Counted from the stretch's first letter, positions 1 through 8,440 are shown. The stretch: 63,365 nt of DNA from Bacillota bacterium (GCA_041686915.1 JAWLDB010000002.1:1-63365), one strand, 5' to 3'. Program-made: numbers and translations. Notes: generated by a model from the letters alone, not told the origin.

Positions 1-797
1 TCGTATTCGGACAGAGTGTAACAGTCGGCCCTAACGAAATAGCCAAAGACGTAGTTATCATAGGTGGCTCTGCGAACATTCTAGGCAGCACCACCGGCGA
101 TGTGGTCGTCGTTGGCGGAAGTGCTACTGTTTCCGGTCGGGTCGGTAAAGACCTGATTGTGGTCGGAGGAACGGCCAAGCTGATGGATGGTGCCGAAGTC
201 ATGGGAGATGTTGTTGCAGTTGGTGGAGGCATCGACCGCGTGGGCAACCCGATCATCCATGGTGACACTAAATCTGGTCCTTGGCACTGGACTGGCTGGT
301 ACGGAGATGTGAACTTCTTCCGCTTCCGCCCGCACTTCGACGGCGGCGGTTTCTGGGGTGTCATCTGGATAACTTTCCTGGGCTGGCTGATTTTCAGTAT
401 CTTACCAAACCATGTTAAGGTCACGAGCGCAGCTGTGCAAGCAGACCCTGCCAAAGCAGCCATCTTTGGGCTTCTCGGATACATCGCCTTCGTTCCATTG
501 CTCATCGTGTTGGCAGTGACCCTAATAGGCATACCCTTGATCCCAGTTCTGGCGTTGGCTCTGGTTGCCGCTCGTGTGCTTGGTCAAGTAGCCCTGGGAG
601 TGCTTGCTGGAGAGTGGCTTAGCCCTAAGCTTAACCTACAGACAACACCGGTTACGAGCCTGCTGCTTGGCCTAGTCGCACTCGGACTGCTGACCATGGT
701 ACCGTTCGTCGGTTTCCTCGCAAGCATGTTCTATGGCTTGATTGGCTTTGGCGCAGTGCTCCGTACTCGCTTTGGTACCCGGCCGTTGAGTATGTAG
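1..797 (+). CDS. Beta-helix-repeat / C-terminal polytopic membrane protein, paralog 1 of 3 (5' end outside window)
   Basis: The frame is open from nt 3 (VFGQSVTVGPNEIAKDVVIIGGSANILGSTTGDVVVVGG...), so ORF 102..797 is only the 3' part. It has degenerate V-x-G-D-V-V-x-x-G-G rungs followed by about 4 hydrophobic helices. The C-terminal block DPAKAAIFGLLGYIAFVPL...LIGFGAVLRTRFGTRPLS is shared with 952..1938 and 3232..4083. Confidence 0.7.
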   Translation, partial: VFGQSVTVGPNEIAKDVVIIGGSANILGSTTGDVVVVGGSATVSGRVGKDLIVVGGTAKLMDGAEVMGDVVAVGGGIDRVGNPIIHGDTKSGPWHWTGWYGDVNFFRFRPHFDGGGFWGVIWITFLGWLIFSILPNHVKVTSAAVQADPAKAAIFGLLGYIAFVPLLIVLAVTLIGIPLIPVLALALVAARVLGQVALGVLAGEWLSPKLNLQTTPVTSLLLGLVALGLLTMVPFVGFLASMFYGLIGFGAVLRTRFGTRPLSM

Positions 798-818
798 TTA
801 TCCAACACAAGCAACAAC

Positions 819-846
819 AAGCGGGGCTCCCCTGCCCCGCTTTCCT
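819..846 (+). terminator. Rho-independent terminator after paralog 1
   Basis: GCGGGGC-TCCCCT-GCCCCGC hairpin flanked by AA/TT and followed by TTTCCTTAT. Confidence 0.75.
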
Positions 847-951
847 TATGCGGAAAAACTGATTGTTCGTATCTAACATAAGCCTGGATAATGCGTTATA
901 GCAGATGTAGTACGCGAAGTCCAGGAAGAAGTATGAAGGAGGATCTTTGCG

Positions 952-1938
952 ATGAGAAGAGTTTTCTTGCTAATGATACTGCTGGTCCTGCTAATTCCAG
1001 CCCAGGCTCTAGCCGCTGATGCCGGCAGAGATATCGTGTTGTTTGGCAATAGCGCAGTAATTGAAGCTGACGAAACAGTAGGTGACGTGATCGTGTTTGG
1101 TGGCAGCGCCACGATCCATGGAACTGCCACAGGCGACGTCCTGGTGTTTGGTGGCGGAACGTCAATTACCGGCAGCGTTTTCGGCAATGTGATTGCCTTC
1201 GGTGGCGGCCCTCGTCTGGAGTCAGGCGAAGTCAAAGGTGATGTCGTAGGTTTCGGCGGCGGCGCAACTGTTGATAGCCAGGTGGGCGGAAACATCCTTT
1301 GTCTTGGTGGTAGCACCAGCTTACTGGCTAATGCCGTAGTCAATGGTGATATCTTTACTGCTGGCGGCGCACTTAACCGCAGTACTGGGTCGGTGGTAAA
1401 CGGCAGTATCAACTCACCCCTGAATATGAGTTTCGGATGGACGGGTAGCCTGCTTCCCGGTCTAACCTTCTTTGGGTTTAACCTGTTCAGGCTTTGGAGC
1501 CTGCTGATGGTAGTACTCTTCGGATGGCTGCTGTATGCCCTGCTACCCAAGCACGTTGCCCAGGTAGCAAACACAGCGTCGGTAGACCCAGCCAAAGCAG
1601 TTATCTTCGGCATACTCGGTTACCTGGCGATTGTGCCTTTGATGATCCTTTTGGTTGTCACTATTGTGGGTATTCCACTAGTGCCCGTCCTGTTCCTAGC
1701 GGTTGCCATCGGTCGTCTGCTCGGACAGATTGCTCTTGGCTTGATTGCGGGCCAGTGGTTGGCAGGCAGGCTTAACCTGGAGACAGCACCGGCAGCCGTT
1801 GTGCTACTTGGCCTGACCATACTCGGACTCCTCAGCCTCGTACCTGGAGTTGGTTTCGCTTTCAGCCTGTTCTATGCTTTGATTGGTTTCGGAGCTGTGC
1901 TACGCAGCAGGTTCGGCACCAGGCCTCTCAGTGCTTAG
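952..1938 (+). CDS. Signal-peptide beta-helix-repeat / polytopic membrane protein, paralog 2 of 3
   Basis: GAAGGAGG lies 8 nt upstream of the ATG. The N-terminus MRRVFLLMILLVLLIPAQALA looks like a signal peptide. Repeated GDV[IV]VFGG[SG][AT]xIxG rungs are followed by the conserved C-terminal membrane block (DPAKAVIFGILGYLAIVPL...LIGFGAVLRSRFGTRPLS). Confidence 0.8.
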   Translation: MRRVFLLMILLVLLIPAQALAADAGRDIVLFGNSAVIEADETVGDVIVFGGSATIHGTATGDVLVFGGGTSITGSVFGNVIAFGGGPRLESGEVKGDVVGFGGGATVDSQVGGNILCLGGSTSLLANAVVNGDIFTAGGALNRSTGSVVNGSINSPLNMSFGWTGSLLPGLTFFGFNLFRLWSLLMVVLFGWLLYALLPKHVAQVANTASVDPAKAVIFGILGYLAIVPLMILLVVTIVGIPLVPVLFLAVAIGRLLGQIALGLIAGQWLAGRLNLETAPAAVVLLGLTILGLLSLVPGVGFAFSLFYALIGFGAVLRSRFGTRPLSA

Positions 1939-2178
1939 CCACTGATTTTTATGCGGGGATTGGGTTGGACTGGGTCAGCCAGCGCCTGACCCCTACGACT
2001 ACTGTGTACGCTATGGTTAACGCCCTTTCCCCGCACCGCTTAGTATGATAAGCTATGGCAGTGAATTAGCCCAGAAATTACCTGACAGTTCTTTCAGACA
2101 AAGTGCGTTTATAGGCGTCTTTGTATATGAGACGATGATGAGTCGTGCTTGCTGAACTGATTGTAGAAGGAGGTGCCT

Positions 2179-2760
2179 ATGCAAGACCAGGAGTTGGTTG
2201 CTTTATGCCGCCAAGGTGATGTTGAAAAGTATGCTTTGCTCGTAGAACGCTATCAACGCTTGGTCTTCGGTCTAGCGCTGCACCTCTTGCGCTCCAAGGA
2301 GGAAGCGGAGGATGTCGCCCAGGAAGCGTTCCTCAGAGTATATAAGCAGATCAGCAAACAGCAGGACGATCTCGACTTTCTGCCGTATATAAAACGAGTC
2401 ACCTCAAACCTGTGCATGGACCGGCTGAGGCGTCGTAGGACGGAAAACAAGTATCTCGAACATAACCAAGAGATTGAGGTTCCTGACTACCATACCCCGG
2501 AGCAAGAAGCTGTGAAGCACGCGGAACGGGCAACTCTGCGGCAGGCGCTACAAGAACTCCCCGAGATGTATCGGGAGGTCCTGGTGATGCATTACGCTGG
2601 AGGAATGACATACGAGAAGATTGCGGCTGCTTTGCATCAGCCGATGTCCATAGTGAAGAACCGGATATATCGGGGCAAGAAACTACTGAAAGACATATAC
2701 GTCAAAATGGAAGGAGGCGGACCGGATGAAATGCGAGGATATCAAACGTCAGTTGGATGA
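2179..2760 (+). CDS. ECF-type RNA polymerase sigma-70 family factor
   Basis: Region 2 (EDVAQEAFLRVYK) and region 4 HTH (MTYEKIAAALHQPMSIVKNRIYRGKKLL) are present. The ATG at 2179 lies 5 nt after GGAGG; the listed GTG at 2173 overlaps the SD. Confidence 0.9.
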   Translation: MQDQELVALCRQGDVEKYALLVERYQRLVFGLALHLLRSKEEAEDVAQEAFLRVYKQISKQQDDLDFLPYIKRVTSNLCMDRLRRRRTENKYLEHNQEIEVPDYHTPEQEAVKHAERATLRQALQELPEMYREVLVMHYAGGMTYEKIAAALHQPMSIVKNRIYRGKKLLKDIYVKMEGGGPDEMRGYQTSVG

Positions 2761-3235
2761 TTATCTCAATGGAGCACTAGCAACACCAAACGCCATGTTG
2801 GTGGAACACCACCTTGAGAACTGCTTATCCTGTATGGACCTACTGCTCCCGTCTGATCCAGAACTCGAGAGCTTGCTCGCGGCTGACTGGTACGCAGCTG
2901 ATCCGTCGCCTGATTTCGCATCAAAGGTTATGTCAAAGTTGAAGCCCCGCTTGTCCTGGCAGCGCGTCTTCTTCCTGGTAGTAGGGTGGTCTGGTTACAT
3001 GGCCGTATGGATGACAGTTGCACTCTACTGGCTGTTCCCTGGCTTATTCTCCACGATCTTCACAAGGTTTGGCTGGGTACTGCGATTAGGTCGAGCTGGC
3101 TACGTAACCATTAGCACCTTGGTGCAAACAGCGTCCAGGTTCAGCTTAAGTACTGCGGGCGTAGTCATCCTGTTTGCGTTCACGGCGCTGATCTTTCTAA
3201 CAATTAACAAGATAGAAAAGGAGGGTCTGGCATGA
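2726..3235 (+). CDS. Anti-sigma factor, zf-HC2 type, membrane-anchored
   Basis: The N-terminal MKCEDIKRQLDDYLNG...HLENCLSCMD matches the H-x3-C-x2-C anti-sigma zinc finger, followed by hydrophobic helices. It overlaps the sigma gene by 35 nt, and its stop overlaps the next start. Confidence 0.85.
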   Translation: MKCEDIKRQLDDYLNGALATPNAMLVEHHLENCLSCMDLLLPSDPELESLLAADWYAADPSPDFASKVMSKLKPRLSWQRVFFLVVGWSGYMAVWMTVALYWLFPGLFSTIFTRFGWVLRLGRAGYVTISTLVQTASRFSLSTAGVVILFAFTALIFLTINKIEKEGLA

Positions 3236-4083
3236 GGAGAGTATTTGCCACCCTGATTATCATAGCAATGTTGCTGGTACCGACTGCGGTTTACGCTCTC
3301 GGCGCAGCCCCGGACAGCATAGTGGTATCCGGCGAAGACGTTCATGTAGCCAAAGATAAGGAAGTTAGCAGCGTAGTAGTAATTGGCGGGAGTGCGACAA
3401 TTGAAGGCCGGGTAACGGATGCAGTAGTAGCTATTGCCGGCAGCATCTACCTTAAGCCTGGTGCTGTTGTTGATGGCGATGTAGTCGCCGTTGGTGGCAC
3501 TGTCCATAAGGAAGGCGAGGTCCGGGTAGGTGGAGAACAAGTCAGCCTGGGTATCCCTTCTCTCGGCAATCTGCGTTTTGGTGGGCTGCCGCTCCTCGGT
3601 GGCAACTGGATGCGGTTCAACTTCTCTGTTTGGCGCATTATGGCGATAGTATTCTTAGGTTGGGTGACTTACTGGTTGTTCCCCAAGCACGCAAACCAGG
3701 TAACAGCAGCCATTGCAGCTGACCCTGCCAAGTCTGTGCTGTTTGGACTCTTAGGTTATCTGGCACTCATCCCCCTGTCAATCATGTTCGTTATCAGCTT
3801 GGTGGGCATACCATTGGTGCCAGTGCTCTGGTTGGCTGTTTTCGCTGCCCGCTTCCTGGGTCAGGTGGCACTGGGCCTCGTTACGGGTAGTTTCCTGGCA
3901 GAGCGACTAAACCTTCAGACCAGTGAGATCTACCAGGTGTTACTCGGCTTGTTCGCCCTGGGTTTGCTCGTCGCCTTGCCGGTCGTAGGTGGGCTCGCCT
4001 CCCTCTTCTATGGCATGGTCGGCTTCGGCGCTGTAATTTGGACCCGCTTTGGTACCAAGTCTGTACCAACGGTAAAGGAGTGA
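3232..4083 (+). CDS. Signal-peptide beta-helix-repeat / polytopic membrane protein, paralog 3 of 3
   Basis: AAGGAGGG SD is present. The N-terminus MRRVFATLIIIAMLLVPTAVYALG looks like a signal peptide. VVVIGGSATIEGRVTDAVVAIAGS rungs are followed by the same C-terminal block (DPAKSVLFGLLGYLALIPL...MVGFGAVIWTRFGTK). Confidence 0.8.
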   Translation: MRRVFATLIIIAMLLVPTAVYALGAAPDSIVVSGEDVHVAKDKEVSSVVVIGGSATIEGRVTDAVVAIAGSIYLKPGAVVDGDVVAVGGTVHKEGEVRVGGEQVSLGIPSLGNLRFGGLPLLGGNWMRFNFSVWRIMAIVFLGWVTYWLFPKHANQVTAAIAADPAKSVLFGLLGYLALIPLSIMFVISLVGIPLVPVLWLAVFAARFLGQVALGLVTGSFLAERLNLQTSEIYQVLLGLFALGLLVALPVVGGLASLFYGMVGFGAVIWTRFGTKSVPTVKE

Positions 4084-4089
4084 TAAGAA

Positions 4090-4920
4090 ATGTCTAAATG
4101 GGTAAAAGCACTCTTGATAGTGTCAGCTATTTGGTTAGTCGTTTTCGGTGCTGGAGGCATGCTCTTCTCGGCGGGACTGAACCTGCTGCCCCGGTTCGTA
4201 AATATCGGTGATTCGTCCCATAGGGCTGAGCATATGGAGACATATACAGGTGATATGACAAACATCGAACAGATCGACGTCCAGACGCGCAACGGACGCA
4301 TCCGCCTGGTCGGCGATAACGCCGCCACCCAGATCACCGTTACAGCTACTTACGTGGCACGCGACAGTAGCGAAGCCAAAGCAGAGGAAAGGCTTTCTAA
4401 CATGAAAACGGTAATTACTACCGAAGGGGATACTTTGCGCGTGAAAGCCGATTTTGGCGCTGAAAGAGTCAACAACCAGTCTATTAGCTACGAGATTACG
4501 TTGCCGACTAACGCGAGCGCAATAGCCGACACATCAAACGGTAGTATCGAAGTCAGTGAACTGACTGGCGACCTGCAGCTGGAGACCAGCAACGGTGAGA
4601 TCAATATACAGTCGACTGAAGGACCAAGCGGGATTGACGCTGAGACCTCCAATGGACGCATCGTAGTCAGCGCAAACCCCACCGATGGACGTTACCAGCT
4701 CAATACATCAAATGGGTCTATCACAGTTCGTTTGCCTGAGGAGCTAGGAGTCGATGTTACAGCCAGCACCAGCAACGGCTCTGTAGACCTGGGACCAGGC
4801 CAATGGGCTATTACTGGTGGCAAGATCTCAACCAAGAACGTTAGTGCACAGCGAGGCGATGGAAGCCTGGAGTTGCGTATGGATACTTCCAACGGCAGCA
4901 TTACCATAGAGAAGCGCTAG
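4090..4920 (+). CDS. DUF4097-family (LiaG/YvlB-like putative adhesin) membrane-anchored protein
   Basis: An N-terminal TM helix is followed by six rungs of the type [DENS]TSNG[SER][IV] (DTSNGSIEV, ETSNGEINI, ETSNGRIVV, NTSNGSITV, STSNGSVDL, DTSNGSITI), typical of DUF4097. Confidence 0.8.
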   Translation: MSKWVKALLIVSAIWLVVFGAGGMLFSAGLNLLPRFVNIGDSSHRAEHMETYTGDMTNIEQIDVQTRNGRIRLVGDNAATQITVTATYVARDSSEAKAEERLSNMKTVITTEGDTLRVKADFGAERVNNQSISYEITLPTNASAIADTSNGSIEVSELTGDLQLETSNGEINIQSTEGPSGIDAETSNGRIVVSANPTDGRYQLNTSNGSITVRLPEELGVDVTASTSNGSVDLGPGQWAITGGKISTKNVSAQRGDGSLELRMDTSNGSITIEKR

Positions 4921-4928
4921 AGACACAC

Positions 4929-4960
4929 AAGACCCGCGGATTTCCGCGGGTCTTCAATCT
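4929..4960. terminator. Hairpin terminator between convergent genes
   Basis: GACCCGCGGA-TT-TCCGCGGGTC followed by TTCAATCTT on the plus strand. On the minus strand it is followed by TTGTGTGT. Confidence 0.75.
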
Positions 4961-4970
4961 TCGCTGGACG

Positions 4971-5001
4971 TGAGACAGATGGGACTGTCCCATCTGTCTC
5001 A
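4971..5001. repeat. 31-nt perfect palindrome (15-bp arms)
   Basis: TGAGACAGATGGGAC-T-GTCCCATCTGTCTCA. It contains the stop codon of the minus-strand gene 4999..5895. Confidence 0.9.
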
Positions 5002-5895
5002 GTCCAGCGTACTTTCGTGCTCGTAGACGAACACATCCGGCTCGGGAGTATCAAGCTCTTTGCGGAGGCCCTTCTGAAGATAGACTGCAAGCAATGTCTC
5101 ATCCTGAGGGCACATGACCAGCATATTCTGACGCAGCTCTGCGGCAGTCGCGATGGCGTAGTCAGTCAGCAGCTCCAGGTCTGCGCGAGTATCGCCCTGC
5201 ATATAGCTGATGCTCAATTCGCTACCTTTGGAGTGACGCGTGGTCAGGGCCATCAGGCCACGGATCTTCCCGTCGCGACGGATCCCCACTATACTGCCCT
5301 CCGCAAGGAGCTCATTCAGCAACTCTTCACTCACTTCCTCGAAGGTGAAATCAAAGCTCAGTAAGCTGCTGCGCTTGGCTAGTATACTCTTGTCCAACTC
5401 CTGTAAAACCTCTGAAAACGACTGAAGTACCTCTACCGCTTCCGGTTTCAGCTTGACAGGTCCGTGTTCGGCCATCATCAGCTTAAAGCTGGCGATGCGT
5501 CTAAAGCCATGGGTCTCGATGATATGCAGGCTCTCGTAGTTTTCAACAAAGGTGCTCAGACGCAGGCTGTTCACACCTCGTTCTGCACACAAATCGATGT
5601 AGTAGCGTGTCAGCAGCTTGGCCAGGCCTAGTCCTCTATATCCACCACCCATGCGTAAACCTTCCAGCCAGGCATGGCGGCCAGTTAGCATGGTTAGTTT
5701 GCCGAAGCCAGCCACCTCGCCGTCAACACAAACGAGTGTAAACTCACCCTCGTTATCTGCCACCCATTTGTCAAACACGTTGGGTACGTAGTCGTGTCCT
5801 TCCCAGATCTGCGCAGAGATCTGCTCCACTGCCGTACGATCCTTTAAGCTGGCGCGACGTATTTCGATTGTCTTCGCTTTTACCTCTGTCCGCAT
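4999..5895 (-). CDS. GNAT-family N-acetyltransferase with extra C-terminal domain
   Basis: Acetyl-CoA-binding-type motif GGGYRGLGLAKLLTRYYIDLCAERG. The start lies 2 nt after the stop of the upstream lyase gene. Confidence 0.8.
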   Translation of the reverse strand: MRTEVKAKTIEIRRASLKDRTAVEQISAQIWEGHDYVPNVFDKWVADNEGEFTLVCVDGEVAGFGKLTMLTGRHAWLEGLRMGGGYRGLGLAKLLTRYYIDLCAERGVNSLRLSTFVENYESLHIIETHGFRRIASFKLMMAEHGPVKLKPEAVEVLQSFSEVLQELDKSILAKRSSLLSFDFTFEEVSEELLNELLAEGSIVGIRRDGKIRGLMALTTRHSKGSELSISYMQGDTRADLELLTDYAIATAAELRQNMLVMCPQDETLLAVYLQKGLRKELDTPEPDVFVYEHESTLD

Positions 5896-5896
5896 G

Positions 5897-7117
5897 CTAT
5901 CTTTCCTCGCTCTCTACTATCAATGCTTCCGGCAGAGCGTACTTACCCTTCCAGACCACATCGAGATAATTGTCCGGGTCGGTATCCCCTTCTGTGCTGA
6001 AAACCAGTACTGTGGAGTCCAGTCCTAGCTGCATCTGCTGTCTTAGGCGCGCCAACTCCGGCGCTTGCATTAGCACAGCTAATAATCCGACCCCTATTGC
6101 CCCGGACTCTCCAGCTATGACTACTGCATCTCCAGGCTGGGGCCGTCCTAGTATTCGCATCCCGAGGGCTGCCAGATAATCGGGGCAGCTGAAGCAGCTG
6201 GATGCGTGATCGCGCAAGACAGGCCAAGCCAGGTGATTAGGTTCGCCACAGGCGAGCCCTGCCATGATGGTCTGTAGATCGCCGCTCACAACATGGGGCT
6301 GGCCATCAGCTACAGCAATTGACTGATAAACACAAGCTGCGTTAGTTGGCTCCATGATGCTAGCCTGAAGCTTGTCCCCCAGCTTATCCTTAAAGAACCC
6401 CAGCATTGCACCAGCCAAAGAGCCGACACCAGCCTGTAGCAACAGGTGGGAGGGCGGTTCCACCCCCATCTCCCCTATCTGCTCCCAGGCTTCATGCGCC
6501 ATGGTAAGGTAGCCCTGCATGATCCAGGTAGGGATTTGCTCATACCCTGGCCATCCAGTGTCCTGTACCAGAAGCCAACCGTACTCTTCCGCTTGCCTAG
6601 CAGCATAGCGTACAGCTTCGTCATAGTTCAGCTCCAGCACCTGGGCCTCAGCCCCTAGACTGCGGATTGCTTCCACCCTACTCGTTGCGCTTCCCTTCGG
6701 CAGATAGACTACGGCCCGCTGGCCCAGCATCTTTGCCGCCCAGGCTACGCCGCGTCCGTGATTACCATCAGTGGCCGTAACGAAGGTAAGGGGTTCAATT
6801 TGAAGACACTGCAGTTGTTCGAAAGTGGGGTCCCCGAGTCCCAAGCGCTCACCCAAGATTCGGGCTATCGCGTAAGAGCCGCCTAAGGCTTTGAAGGCAT
6901 TCAGTCCGAAGCGTTTAGACTCATCTTTGACCAGAATGTGTCCCACTCCCAGGTGTTCCGCCAACGCTTCTAAATCTACCAGTGGCGTAGGATGATAGCC
7001 TGGTATGCCTTCATGGAAAGCACGCACTGCTGAAGCGGCATTAGCCGTTAGCCAGTCCGGCACTGTTATTACACCTTGGACTCTCTGCTTGTGAATGTAA
7101 CGCATGGTATTGCTCAT
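5897..7117 (-). CDS. dpaL: Diaminopropionate ammonia-lyase (PLP-dependent)
   Basis: KDESKRFGLNAFKALGGSYAI is the characteristic PLP-lysine region of YgeX/DpaL-type enzymes. AAGGGGAGA SD lies 7 nt upstream of the ATG. Confidence 0.8.
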   Translation of the reverse strand: MSNTMRYIHKQRVQGVITVPDWLTANAASAVRAFHEGIPGYHPTPLVDLEALAEHLGVGHILVKDESKRFGLNAFKALGGSYAIARILGERLGLGDPTFEQLQCLQIEPLTFVTATDGNHGRGVAWAAKMLGQRAVVYLPKGSATSRVEAIRSLGAEAQVLELNYDEAVRYAARQAEEYGWLLVQDTGWPGYEQIPTWIMQGYLTMAHEAWEQIGEMGVEPPSHLLLQAGVGSLAGAMLGFFKDKLGDKLQASIMEPTNAACVYQSIAVADGQPHVVSGDLQTIMAGLACGEPNHLAWPVLRDHASSCFSCPDYLAALGMRILGRPQPGDAVVIAGESGAIGVGLLAVLMQAPELARLRQQMQLGLDSTVLVFSTEGDTDPDNYLDVVWKGKYALPEALIVESEER

Positions 7118-7279
7118 ATATTCATCTCCCCTTGTGCCGCTCTCTTTTGGCTGAGTTGGCCATTTTCACCCAAATACCTTCTGACTGATGGGTTGTTGTA
7201 CCATGGATTAACTTGGGATATAATAGCGTTTGCTTTCAGGTTTGTCCAGAGGGACACCCGGCATGAGGAGGTAATAGTT

Positions 7280-8344
7280 GTGTTTTCGTTTCCTGCCGTA
7301 TGTATGAGCGAGGAGTATGCAAACAAAATTTGGGAGTACCGTCCCTTTGTGGATCGTGTGGAGAGGCTGCTCAGCGGAATATGGGAGAGCAGCGGCAAGG
7401 GTTACCGCTTCATGCACAGCTACCGGGTATTTCAGCTGATAGACCAAATGCGCCACTATACCGAACTGGAGCATGCGACAGACATCAACTGGCCATTGCT
7501 GCGGATTGCCGGGCTCTGCCATGACCTTGGCCTGATAAAGGTTGAGCGCGAGATGGGCAGGTTGGATATTTTTGATGATCGAGTGATAACGGCTTGGATT
7601 GACAAACACGCAGGTTATGCCACAGAGATAATCCGGGCTGAGTTCGCTGATCTGCTTACTGAAGAAGAGCTTGAGCAAGTTTGCTTCCTTGCCGCTCAGC
7701 ACTCCAACCCGGATGTAACAGACAATATCGTATTGCGGATCCTGCAGGATGCCGATAACCTTGATGAACGCGGGCTAATTCTGCTCTGGCGGATGAGCGC
7801 TGTTGCCAGCAACCACGACCTTAGTATTGGCTCCCAGTTCAACTTCTACTTCCAGAACAGACAGGCTATGTGGCAGGAGACGATGGGGAAGCTGCACTTT
7901 GAAAGCTCGCGTCAAACTGCTCTCAGGCGGATGCAAAACATGGACCAAGCGATGCTTACCTTTGCTGCCCAGTTTCATGCCCTCGATTTGCCCTACACAG
8001 CCGAGACCTTCCCTTGGCTACTATGGCAGAGCAGGATTGAAGAGGCAGGCTGGGAAATTGACCGGCCCAAGGGGTCAGCCCACCCAACGCGCGCGGATAT
8101 CATCTACCCGTTGGATTATGGCTATGTCCCTGGACACCTGGGATGGGATGGCATGGAGCAGGACATCTTTGTCGGAGATCGGAAAGGTCCCCTAACAGGG
8201 ATTCTGCTGTCAGCTGATTTTCGTAAAGGAGACCGGGAGTTCAAGCTGCTTTGGGGAATGAGTGACCGGCAAATGCAGCAAGCCTTAGACTTCTATAACA
8301 CCCGCCCTACCGAAATGGTGGCTTGGCTGGTTAGGAGACCTTGA
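7280..8344 (+). CDS. HD-domain protein fused to an inorganic-pyrophosphatase-like C-terminal domain
   Basis: HD motif LLRIAGLCHDLGL. The C-terminus WEIDRPKGSAHP...YPLDYGYVPGHLGWDGMEQDIFVG resembles family I PPase (EIDK..., YPxNYGFIPxT..DGDPxDVLV). The start is taken as the GTG 8 nt after GAGGAGG. The ATG at 7304 is an alternative, and the listed 7076 start overlaps dpaL and is unlikely. Confidence 0.7.
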   Translation: MFSFPAVCMSEEYANKIWEYRPFVDRVERLLSGIWESSGKGYRFMHSYRVFQLIDQMRHYTELEHATDINWPLLRIAGLCHDLGLIKVEREMGRLDIFDDRVITAWIDKHAGYATEIIRAEFADLLTEEELEQVCFLAAQHSNPDVTDNIVLRILQDADNLDERGLILLWRMSAVASNHDLSIGSQFNFYFQNRQAMWQETMGKLHFESSRQTALRRMQNMDQAMLTFAAQFHALDLPYTAETFPWLLWQSRIEEAGWEIDRPKGSAHPTRADIIYPLDYGYVPGHLGWDGMEQDIFVGDRKGPLTGILLSADFRKGDREFKLLWGMSDRQMQQALDFYNTRPTEMVAWLVRRP

Positions 8345-8440
8345 CGAGGACAAGATGTATTCTGTGTCGTTTTTGATTTCTGTGGAGGAAAGAAGCGCCC
8401 ACTTCCGTAATAGAGAGTAAAGAGAAGGAGGAATGGCTAG

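Noticed and set aside
873-1613. A 246-aa minus-strand ORF rich in Pro/Thr/Ser.
   Set aside because: It lies entirely antisense to the well-supported paralog 2 gene (952..1938). Its low-complexity composition is what the reverse frame of a GGx/GTx-rich gene produces. It has no SD and no recognisable motif.
857-2164. A shared 10-mer AACTGATTGT upstream of paralog 2 (857..866) and of the ECF sigma gene (2155..2164), considered as a possible ECF promoter element.
   Set aside because: Its position relative to the start codons differs greatly (86 nt versus 15 nt). No GGAAC-N16-CGTC-like ECF pattern accompanies it. A single shared 10-mer between two ~200-nt regions is within reach of chance.
7076-7279. 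An N-terminal 68-76 residue extension of the HD-PPase fusion ORF.
   Set aside because: The extension overlaps the dpaL start region on the opposite strand, is hydrophobic and low in information, and lacks an SD. A GAGGAGG box sits just upstream of the internal GTG at 7280.
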